A stretch of 64,000 nt of DNA from Candidatus Cloacimonadales bacterium (GCA_963662585.1 OY759729.1:12317-76316); one strand, 5' to 3'; positions 1 to 9,162 are shown, counted from the stretch's first letter. Program-made: numbers and translations. The notes: generated by a model not told the origin, from the letters alone.

Positions 1-207
1 CGAGTACAACTATCTTGCTTTCTTGGAGATATTAATCAAACGGAATTGAAAGAACTCTCTACTCATATCAATGATCTAATTAACCTGGAGAAAGATAAAG
101 TCTATATTTTTCCAATTTCCAAAGATGATTTTGATAAGACAATTCTTCTTGGTATGGCTTTTGATAAAGAACTAGTAACTGACGAAATAAAGGCTCTCTT
201 CTTATGA
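1..207 (+). CDS. cas2: Cas2, C-terminal part (gene starts upstream of window)
   Basis: Frame 1 is open from nt 1 to TGA at 205-207 and reads RVQLSCFLGDINQTELKELSTHINDLINLEKDKVYIFPISKDDF... The RVQxS-F and D-x-V-x-I-F patterns are typical of Cas2. The stop overlaps the cas4 start (ATGA), and the CRISPR array lies downstream. Confidence 0.7.
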   Translation, partial: RVQLSCFLGDINQTELKELSTHINDLINLEKDKVYIFPISKDDFDKTILLGMAFDKELVTDEIKALFL

Positions 208-794
208 GTAACTTTATCTTTATTACTGCTTCAGATATCATTGAATATCTTTACTGTCCAAGATTTATCTACTACCAAAATGTGTTAGATATTGAACAGC
301 ACGAACACGAAAGATACCTGGTAAATAAAGGAAGAGATATTCATGAGTTAAAAATGGTTAGAAATAAAGATTATCTACGGAAATCTATAGGATGTATCAA
401 CAAAGAAATTGATGTCTATCTAACTTCCGAAAAACTTCACCTGGTTGGAAGAATGGATGAAATATTGACTCTTGAGGATAATTCAAAAGCAGCGCTAGAC
501 TATAAATTTGCAAGCTATGAAGAAAAACTTTTTAAAACTTTAAAAACCCAACAAATTGCCTACTCACTCCTTATAGAAGAAAACTATAATTGTTTTGTCA
601 ATAAAGCCTTCATTGTCTATGTGAGATCCAAGAACTTAATAAAAGAAATTGAAATTAGTCAAAAAGATAAAGATATGACTATCATGATTATAAGTGAAAT
701 TTTTGATATCATAAATAAGTGCCACTTCCCTCAAGGAACAAAAAATACATTAAAATGCCAAGATTGTACCTATAAAAATCTCTGTTTCTCGTAA
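204..794 (+). CDS. cas4: Cas4 RecB-like exonuclease with 4-Cys Fe-S cluster
   Basis: N-terminal YLYCPRFIYY Cys motif; RecB motifs GRMDE and LDYK; QxxxY motif (QQIAYSLL); C-terminal CQDCTYKNLC. The 196-aa size is typical, and the gene is adjacent to cas2 and the array. Confidence 0.9.
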   Translation: MSNFIFITASDIIEYLYCPRFIYYQNVLDIEQHEHERYLVNKGRDIHELKMVRNKDYLRKSIGCINKEIDVYLTSEKLHLVGRMDEILTLEDNSKAALDYKFASYEEKLFKTLKTQQIAYSLLIEENYNCFVNKAFIVYVRSKNLIKEIEISQKDKDMTIMIISEIFDIINKCHFPQGTKNTLKCQDCTYKNLCFS

Positions 795-1060
795 ATTAAC
801 TTGACAAAAACTAACTTAAATATTTATTTGAAAAATACATAGAGTGCTAAAGTTTTAGACGAAAATTTGTTTCCTGAAGCAGATTTATTAAGAATCTTAA
901 TCATATAGTAATTATCCTATTACTAGATATAAACTTATAAATAATCTGAGAGGTGATTTATGCTGTTTGAAGACAAAAATACAAATAATATTATGAGAAT
1001 ATTTCATTCTTACTTTTTGAACTATTCTCCTGTAACTCAGATATTTATCCCCAAAATCGA
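795..1060 (+). promoter_or_regulatory. CRISPR leader (AT-rich, between cas4 and repeat 1)
   Basis: 266-nt AT-rich non-coding stretch next to the adaptation genes. The degenerate repeat sits at the opposite end of the array. Confidence 0.6.
1017..1045 (+). promoter_or_regulatory. putative sigma70-type promoter for pre-crRNA
   Basis: TTGAAC (1017-1022), 17-nt spacer, GATATT (1040-1045). It ends 15 nt before repeat 1. Motif match only. Confidence 0.3.
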
Positions 1061-4000
1061 GTCTAAAACCTAAATCCATTAAACCAAGGATTGAAACGTC
1101 TTATCACTTAGAGACTTGGAAACAGGGGAAGAGGTCTAAAACCTAAATCCATTAAACCAAGGATTGAAACATATAGTATTGAGAGCCACTAACAGAAACT
1201 CTCCAGGTCTAAAACCTAAATCCATTAAACCAAGGATTGAAACGAAGATTAGAAGAGATTGACCCGGGCGGGTATTTCTGTCTAAAACCTAAATCCATTA
1301 AACCAAGGATTGAAACGAGGGTTATTAATGCCCCTAAGAGTAGCTAGATAGGTCTAAAACCTAAATCCATTAAACCAAGGATTGAAACTTAGTTGGAAAA
1401 TCTGGTTGAATAGAGAAAAAGACTGTCTAAAACCTAAATCCATTAAACCAAGGATTGAAACTCATCCCAAGACATCTTTAGCTTCCACTTATAGATAGGT
1501 CTAAAACCTAAATCCATTAAACCAAGGATTGAAACATAAGTTGAAAATGTTTGAGATGTGCCGTAGATAATGTCTAAAACCTAAATCCATTAAACCAAGG
1601 ATTGAAACTTTAGTTACTTGTTAAAATGGAATTTGGTCGTTTAGTCTAAAACCTAAATCCATTAAACCAAGGATTGAAACCGGGAAATACCCTCCTCAAC
1701 TATATATTTATTATTGTCTAAAACCTAAATCCATTAAACCAAGGATTGAAACATAAGTTGAAAATGTTTGAGATGTGCCGTAGATAATGTCTAAAACCTA
1801 AATCCATTAAACCAAGGATTGAAACACTATGTGGACAGTTTAAGTGATACTTAAATAATTTGTCTAAAACCTAAATCCATTAAACCAAGGATTGAAACGC
1901 CTCTCAACAGACATAAGCGACTATTTAAAGCTTGGTCTAAAACCTAAATCCATTAAACCAAGGATTGAAACACAAGAGAATATTCCCAATCTTCAACAAC
2001 TCCATTTGTCTAAAACCTAAATCCATTAAACCAAGGATTGAAACAAATAGGTATTAGATTTTTTAACTTTTCTAAAATTAGTCTAAAACCTAAATCCATT
2101 AAACCAAGGATTGAAACTCTAGATTAAGGACTGCATTAACATTATGGTAGGTTGTCTAAAACCTAAATCCATTAAACCAAGGATTGAAACCGGAAAAAAT
2201 TGCATCAATGGAAATATACTCTTCTGTCTAAAACCTAAATCCATTAAACCAAGGATTGAAACACAGATTAAAAGCGACTACGGAGTCAACTTTGATAGGT
2301 CTAAAACCTAAATCCATTAAACCAAGGATTGAAACTACAGTGTGTAAAGTAACTTTGTTTACAGTTGGGGGTCTAAAACCTAAATCCATTAAACCAAGGA
2401 TTGAAACACCTCAAACACAAATCTATAACTATAATAGGTACCAGTCTAAAACCTAAATCCATTAAACCAAGGATTGAAACGTGATTTTATACTGTTTCAT
2501 TTTTCAATTCCTTTTGGTCTAAAACCTAAATCCATTAAACCAAGGATTGAAACGAGTTAATTGTGGAACGGTTGTTTCTTAGCACTCTGGTCTAAAACCT
2601 AAATCCATTAAACCAAGGATTGAAACGAAGCAGGTCAAAAGCTATATGCTGAAACCAAACAAGTCTAAAACCTAAATCCATTAAACCAAGGATTGAAACA
2701 TGGGTATAGTGGAGGGATTAGAAGCAGGTCAAATGGTCTAAAACCTAAATCCATTAAACCAAGGATTGAAACTCAAACTGGTCTATAAAGCTAACCATTT
2801 GAGGAGGTGTCTAAAACCTAAATCCATTAAACCAAGGATTGAAACGGGGGTTACCCTAGCCAAGCAACGCTACGCAGAGACCGTCTAAAACCTAAATCCA
2901 TTAAACCAAGGATTGAAACATGAGATTAGAAACGACTACAAAGAAGCTAAAGAGCGTCTAAAACCTAAATCCATTAAACCAAGGATTGAAACTTAAACAC
3001 ACCCACCACAACATCCCCATGGAATTTCGTCTAAAACCTAAATCCATTAAACCAAGGATTGAAACATCTCCATGGAATATCCCAAGCAAATCAAAACCAA
3101 CGTCTAAAACCTAAATCCATTAAACCAAGGATTGAAACAGTACAATTGTAAAGAATCAAAAAGTAAAAGATGCTCGTCTAAAACCTAAATCCATTAAACC
3201 AAGGATTGAAACAGACTTTCCCAAAGAATTCTTTCTGTTGATCAGTAAGTCTAAAACCTAAATCCATTAAACCAAGGATTGAAACAAGATTTCTTCATTC
3301 CTGAGAACTATATTCTCAAGGGTCTAAAACCTAAATCCATTAAACCAAGGATTGAAACCTAAGCCATTCCCAAACAATACACCGGCTGAAAAAGGTCTAA
3401 AACCTAAATCCATTAAACCAAGGATTGAAACTTGTCCGTAATATCGAAGTCATAGGAGGTTTCAGCAGTGTCTAAAACCTAAATCCATTAAACCAAGGAT
3501 TGAAACATATATCCCCACACAGAAGTATCGAGAGGGAACACAGTCTAAAACCTAAATCCATTAAACCAAGGATTGAAACTCCTAAATGCCAAGAAAGAAG
3601 GATCATCTGAATCTAAGTCTAAAACCTAAATCCATTAAACCAAGGATTGAAACTTTAAAAATTAGGGAATTATATATATACCCTAAGCATGTCTAAAACC
3701 TAAATCCATTAAACCAAGGATTGAAACAGGAAGAAGTACAATGAGTAAGACCTTAACCAACAAGTCTAAAACCTAAATCCATTAAACCAAGGATTGAAAC
3801 ATAAAACCCTGCCCACTGCGAGGTAGTTCCGGGAGTGTCTAAAACCTAAATCCATTAAACCAAGGATTGAAACTCAAAGAAACTATCTTTAAACTGTTGT
3901 TTCAGACTATGTCTAAAACCTAAATCCATTAAACCAAGGATTGAAACCTTACCATCAACCACATCTGAAAGAGAATTAAGTGGTCTAAAACCTAAATCCA

Positions 4001-7000
4001 TTAAACCAAGGATTGAAACTACAAGAATGGTGTAAAGAGATATGAATTAGTAAAAGTCTAAAACCTAAATCCATTAAACCAAGGATTGAAACCGAAATAT
4101 CAGCATAGTATTGAATTAGAGACATCTTGGTCTAAAACCTAAATCCATTAAACCAAGGATTGAAACCTGTATTTCTATACAAAATCTAAGATACAACTCA
4201 GTCTAAAACCTAAATCCATTAAACCAAGGATTGAAACTCCACGCTATCTTTGTTCATTCCTGCCACTTTCGCGTCTAAAACCTAAATCCATTAAACCAAG
4301 GATTGAAACAGATGAACCCTGAGAAGAAAACAGGGCACATTATACGTCTAAAACCTAAATCCATTAAACCAATGATTGAAACTACATAAAAGACACAATA
4401 ATTTATTAAATTAAAGTGTCTAAAACCTAAATCCATTAAACCAAGGATTGAAACTTCAATGCTGAACCTGCCAAAGTACCACCACCACCGGTCTAAAACC
4501 TAAATCCATTAAACCAAGGATTGAAACTGCCAATGAAGGCAATGATAATAACTTCGATAGCTTGTCTAAAACCTAAATCCATTAAACCAAGGATTGAAAC
4601 TTATGGCTGGTAATAATAAAATGATATACCTTATTGTCTAAAACCTAAATCCATTAAACCAAGGATTGAAACTCGATATGGCATATAGGTATAAGAAGCT
4701 AGGGTGTAGGTCTAAAACCTAAATCCATTAAACCAAGGATTGAAACGTGTCTGCATTAGAGGTAAAAGGGCAAGCTACTCTAGTCTAAAACCTAAATCCA
4801 TTAAACCAAGGATTGAAACGATAGAACAATCTCAAAATATAAAGTAAGGTTCTATGTCTAAAACCTAAATCCATTAAACCAAGGATTGAAACTCACTATC
4901 AAAAAGAGCTGGCAGAAATTGAGTCCAGTCTAAAACCTAAATCCATTAAACCAAGGATTGAAACAGAGTACAATTACTTCTTTCCTTTCTGGAATTCCTG
5001 TCTAAAACCTAAATCCATTAAACCAAGGATTGAAACCATCAATCTCCTCTGACGCTTCATCACCAGACACATGTCTAAAACCTAAATCCATTAAACCAAG
5101 GATTGAAACTTTCATTATTATCTACAGCAGACTTGATATTGTCAGTCTAAAACCTAAATCCATTAAACCAAGGATTGAAACACACAATCATAAAATCCAT
5201 CATTATTCCCATTAAATGTCTAAAACCTAAATCCATTAAACCAAGGATTGAAACTAGGCCTTTGCTTCTTGTTTGGAAACACTCTCAGGTGTCTAAAACC
5301 TAAATCCATTAAACCAAGGATTGAAACGGGGTAGAATATACTTGAATTTTTTAACTAGAGGGGTCTAAAACCTAAATCCATTAAACCAAGGATTGAAACT
5401 TAGGTTGTTCATAGACACTGAAGAAGAAGGGAAAAAGTCTAAAACCTAAATCCATTAAACCAAGGATTGAAACTTATAATATTATATAAGAATACAAATT
5501 TATACTTATTGTCTAAAACCTAAATCCATTAAACCAAGGATTGAAACTTCTATAAACCAATTGACAATATTAATTTTGTCAATGTCTAAAACCTAAATCC
5601 ATTAAACCAAGGATTGAAACTCTTTTTTAGTAGTTTATCATTATCAATATCAATAGTCTAAAACCTAAATCCATTAAACCAAGGATTGAAACCCAATTGA
5701 CAAAATAAAAGATCTTCTTATCTTTTCAGGTCTAAAACCTAAATCCATTAAACCAAGGATTGAAACTGAATTTTGATTAAATCTGGGTCTTTTAGACTCT
5801 CGTCTAAAACCTAAATCCATTAAACCAAGGATTGAAACATCAAAGCTAGATCTACCGACAACCCATTCCTACCTCGTCTAAAACCTAAATCCATTAAACC
5901 AAGGATTGAAACTAATAATAAGCAATCAGACTTCTCTTCAGGCTATCAGTGTCTAAAACCTAAATCCATTAAACCAAGGATTGAAACAACCAAGCGAGAC
6001 CGATAAATCTGAAACCACAAAAGGTCTAAAACCTAAATCCATTAAACCAAGGATTGAAACAAAAATAAGCTCCATTTTTCCCAGGTTCGCCGACCATGTC
6101 TAAAACCTAAATCCATTAAACCAAGGATTGAAACAATAAATAACTAAACCTAAAAAAGGAAAAAAGAAAAGTCTAAAACCTAAATCCATTAAACCAAGGA
6201 TTGAAACGTAGATTGTCTTCTTTTATATCAATATTATTATCATGTCTAAAACCTAAATCCATTAAACCAAGGATTGAAACTCGTACTCGTAAAGGCTTGA
6301 CTCGAGGGCTTCTTTAGTCTAAAACCTAAATCCATTAAACCAAGGATTGAAACATAAACCTTAAAAAAGTGAATAAGCTTGCTAAAATAGTCTAAAACCT
6401 AAATCCATTAAACCAAGGATTGAAACACATCGTAGTCGACGCACTATAAAATAACAGGGGTAGGTCTAAAACCTAAATCCATTAAACCAAGGATTGAAAC
6501 GTGGATTAGCGAAAGCATCTATTAACCCAATTACAGTCTAAAACCTAAATCCATTAAACCAAGGATTGAAACAAGAGTTAGAATCTCAATTTGGTGGATT
6601 AGCGAAAGGTCTAAAACCTAAATCCATTAAACCAAGGATTGAAACCCTTAAATTTAGCTGTTTCTATTGTTCCATCATTGGTCTAAAACCTAAATCCATT
6701 AAACCAAGGATTGAAACTGGCGGGTTTGAAACAAACGGGTTTATTACTATTAAGTCTAAAACCTAAATCCATTAAACCAAGGATTGAAACAGAAATAATA
6801 TCTTACAAAATTATTAATAAATTTTTGTCTAAAACCTAAATCCATTAAACCAAGGATTGAAACAACCAAGCGAGACCGATAAATCTGAAACCACAAAAGG
6901 TCTAAAACCTAAATCCATTAAACCAAGGATTGAAACAAAAATAAGCTCCATTTTTCCCAGGTTCGCCGACCATGTCTAAAACCTAAATCCATTAAACCAA

Positions 7001-7375
7001 GGATTGAAACTTAATTTTCTTAACTGTGTTAATTGGTAAGCCTTAAGTCTAAAACCTAAATCCATTAAACCAAGGATTGAAACTTGATTGTGTTAACGAA
7101 GCAACCTTGACAAATCCATGTCTAAAACCTAAATCCATTAAACCAAGGATTGAAACTCGAGTTAATAAACCAAACTTTACTTAAATTGATTGGTCTAAAA
7201 CCTAAATCCATTAAACCAAGGATTGAAACTTGATTGTGTTAACGAAGCAACCTTGACAAATCCATGTCTAAAACCTAAATCCATTAAACCAAGGATTGAA
7301 ACATAGACCAAGACGCATCATTACCATTAAAACCCGTTTTCTAAAACCTAAATCCATTAAACCAAGGATTGATTT
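1061..7375 (+). CRISPR. CRISPR array, 87 repeats and 86 spacers
   Basis: 37-nt repeat GTCTAAAACCTAAATCCATTAAACCAAGGATTGAAAC counted at 1061, 1134, 1207 ... 7266, 7339 (mean period 73.0). Spacers are 34-38 nt, mostly 36. The last repeat (7339-7375) is degenerate (G1>T, AAC>TTT). One internal repeat carries a G>T SNP at 4373. The 3' ATTGAAAC resembles the Cas6-generated 8-nt crRNA handle. Confidence 0.98.
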
Positions 7376-7378
7376 AGA

Positions 7379-7458
7379 CTTCGCACCCGTGGTGCGAAGT
7401 AGATCTATGTGGGGTGGTCTAAATTGCTACAAAGAGTTAGCTCCTCTGGAGCAATGAT
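7379..7458 (+). repeat. hairpin module A1 (forward)
   Basis: CTTCGCACC-CGT-GGTGCGAAG is a perfect 9-bp stem. It is followed by TAGATCTATGTGGGGTGGTCTAAATTGCTACAAAGAGTTAGCTCCTCTGGAGCAATGAT. The module starts 3 nt after the last CRISPR repeat. Confidence 0.9.
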
Positions 7459-7597
7459 GAGTATCAGTTTGTTTATCAGTAATTTATCGTTGTAGATAGT
7501 AAAGAGAAATTAGGATTTCATAAGAATAAATAACAATAATGGCATCATGATTCGTCTGTTAAATGAATCTATGGAGCAAAAAAAAGATATCCCTTTA

Positions 7598-7677
7598 CTT
7601 CGCTCCCGTGGTGCGAAGTAGATCTTTGTGAGGTGGTCTAATTTGCTACAAAGAGTTAGCTCCTCTGGAGCAATGAT
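7598..7677 (+). repeat. hairpin module A2 (forward)
   Basis: CTTCGCTCC-CGT-GGTGCGAAG (1 stem mismatch) plus the conserved 59-nt tail. Confidence 0.9.
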
Positions 7678-7816
7678 AAATATCAGTCTATCAAATTAGT
7701 ATTTTATTGTAAGAACAAGTAAATCGAAATTAGGATTTCATAAGAAGAAATAACATTAATGGCATGATGATTCGTCTGTTTAATGTATCTATGGATCTAA
7801 AGATATTATTTCTTCA

Positions 7817-7896
7817 CTTCCCACCCGTGGTGCTAAGTAGATCTTTGTGGGGTGGTCTAAATTGCTACAAAGAGTTAGCTCCTCTGGAGCAATAAT
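7817..7896 (+). repeat. hairpin module A3 (forward)
   Basis: CTTCCCACC-CGT-GGTGCTAAG (2 stem mismatches) plus the conserved tail. Confidence 0.9.
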
Positions 7897-8163
7897 AAAT
7901 ATCAGTCTATCAAATTAGTATTTTATTGTAAGAACAAGCAAAGGATTAAGAAGATTTTAAAAGAGATATTTACCCAAAAATAATCGAAGATATAATTGTG
8001 GGATGTTGTTACGATTGGAAAGTAATTGAGATTAATAAAATCATGAATATCAGTACATATTTAGATGTAAGGTCTTTAATGAATTTAGTTCTTTAATATT
8101 TTGTTGATGTTATCCCAAGAATAGAAATAAAAAAAATGCGAATAAATTTAAATGGTTCGATTG

Positions 8164-8239
8164 TCATGCTCCAGAGGAGCTAACTCTTTGTAGCCAAAAC
8201 ATCACCCCCAAGAAGAATGTTCGCACCTGCGGTGCGAAC
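8164..8239 (-). repeat. hairpin module B1 (inverted)
   Basis: The reverse complement aligns with the A modules: GTTCGCACC-GCA-GGTGCGAAC, then ...TGGGGGTGATG..GCTACAAAGAGTTAGCTCCTCTGGAGCA. The stem is a perfect 9 bp at 8219-8239. Confidence 0.9.
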
Positions 8240-8265
8240 TAACAATTAAGATAAAAGGATATTTT

Positions 8266-8355
8266 ATGGCAAACACATATTCTCAAATTTATATACAATT
8301 AATCTTTGCTGTAGAAGCAAGATTAAATATCATAGATGATTCATCTGTTAAATGA
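8266..8355 (+). pseudogene. N-terminal stub of IS200/IS605-family (RAYT-like) Y1 transposase
   Basis: MANTYSQIYIQLIFAVEARLNIIDDSSVK followed by a stop. The start resembles the MANTYTQ..Q.VFAVK.R N-termini of Y1 transposases. An AAAAGGA SD lies 8 nt upstream. The HUH and catalytic Tyr regions are absent. Confidence 0.6.
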
Positions 8356-8385
8356 ATCTATAGATCTATAAATGATATTTCTTCA

Positions 8386-8465
8386 CTTCCCACCTTTGGT
8401 GCGAAGTAGATCTTTGTGGGGTGGTCTAAATTGCTACAAAGAGTTAGCTCCTCTGGAGCAATGAT
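8386..8465 (+). repeat. hairpin module A4 (forward)
   Basis: CTTCCCACC-TTT-GGTGCGAAG (1 mismatch) plus the conserved tail. Confidence 0.9.
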
Positions 8466-8603
8466 GAGTATCAGTTTGTTTATCAGTAATTTATCGTTGT
8501 AGATAGTAAAGAGAAATTAGGATTTCATAAGAAGAAATAACAATAATGGCATGATGATTCGTCTGTTTAATGTATCTATGGATCTAAAGATATTATTTCT
8601 TTA

Positions 8604-8683
8604 CTTCACACCCGTAGTGTGAAGTAGATATTTGTGGGGTGGTCTAAATTGCTACAAAGAGTTAGCTCCTCTAAAGCAATGAT
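8604..8683 (+). repeat. hairpin module A5 (forward)
   Basis: CTTCACACC-CGT-AGTGTGAAG. The G-C pair at stem position 5 is replaced by A-T, a compensatory change. The tail has GGAGC>AAAGC. Confidence 0.9.
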
Positions 8684-8951
8684 AAATACCAGTTTATTTA
8701 ATTAGTATTTTATTGTATGTAAGAATCAAAGGAATAAGAAGAATTTAAAAGAGATATTTATCCAAAAATAATCGAAGATATAATTTTAGGATTTTGCTAC
8801 TATTGGAAAGTAATAGTGATTAATAAAATCATTAATATTTGTACAAATTAAGATATATAAATTTTTTAATGAATTTAGTTTTATATATTTCCTTAATGTT
8901 ATCCGAAGAATAGTAATGAAAAAATACACAAAAGTTTAAATGGGTCGATTA

Positions 8952-9028
8952 TCATGCTCCAGAGGAGCTAACTCTTTGTAGCCAAAAACATCACCCCCAA
9001 GAAGAATGTTCGCACCACGGGTGCGAAC
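8952..9028 (-). repeat. hairpin module B2 (inverted)
   Basis: GTTCGCACC-ACG-GGTGCGAAC is a perfect stem with a different loop. Confidence 0.9.
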
Positions 9029-9054
9029 TAGCAATTAAGATAAAAGGATATTTT

Positions 9055-9144
9055 AAGGCAAACACATATTCTCAAATATATATACAATTAATCTTTGCTG
9101 TAGAAGCAAGATTAAATATCATAGATGATTCATCTGTTAATTGA
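9055..9144 (+). pseudogene. Y1 transposase N-terminal stub, start codon mutated (ATG>AAG)
   Basis: Same 30-codon frame as 8266-8355, with AAG at 9055-9057. Confidence 0.6.
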
Positions 9145-9162
9145 ATCTAGGAAGAAACTTCA

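Larger units (their letters stand above)
8164..8465 (+). mobile_element. miniature non-autonomous Y1-transposase (IS200/RAYT-like) element remnant, copy 1
   Basis: Inverted module B1, then an SD and a 29-codon transposase N-terminal stub, then module A4. The two ~80-nt modules form imperfect terminal inverted repeats. Confidence 0.5.

Noticed and set aside
852-860. GTTTTAGAC in the leader is the exact reverse complement of the first 9 nt of the repeat. I considered it as a tracrRNA anti-repeat, given the II-B-like gene order.
   Set aside because: Complementarity does not extend beyond 9 nt, since the next 12 positions pair only sporadically, and no convincing downstream hairpin/terminator set follows. 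This is too weak for an anti-repeat. It may be a relic of a degenerate inverted repeat.
2256-6766. ORF-track entries 2256-2456, 5030-5215 and 6566-6766 (61-66 aa, containing the repeated peptide LKPKSIKPRIET).
   Set aside because: They lie entirely inside the CRISPR array. The repeated peptide is simply the translated 37-nt repeat, so these are spurious ORFs.
7339-7460. The near-perfect terminal repeat followed by a stable hairpin could be read as an anti-repeat plus scaffold, that is, a tracrRNA if crRNAs were made from the minus strand.
   Set aside because: The same hairpin module recurs 11 more times without any repeat-like sequence, and 33-nt near-perfect complementarity is atypical for anti-repeats. 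Insertion or recombination of the repeat block explains the junction more simply.
8093-8167. A minus-strand 24-codon hydrophobic ORF (MTIEPFKFIRIFFISILGITSTKY) starting inside module B1, with a counterpart at 9656-9730. I considered it as a type I toxin-like peptide.
   Set aside because: The length is not conserved among the four copies (18, 24, 24 and 40 codons). The only SD-like GGAG sits 1 nt from the ATG, and the differences between copies are not biased toward synonymous changes. It is probably a by-product of AT-rich sequence.
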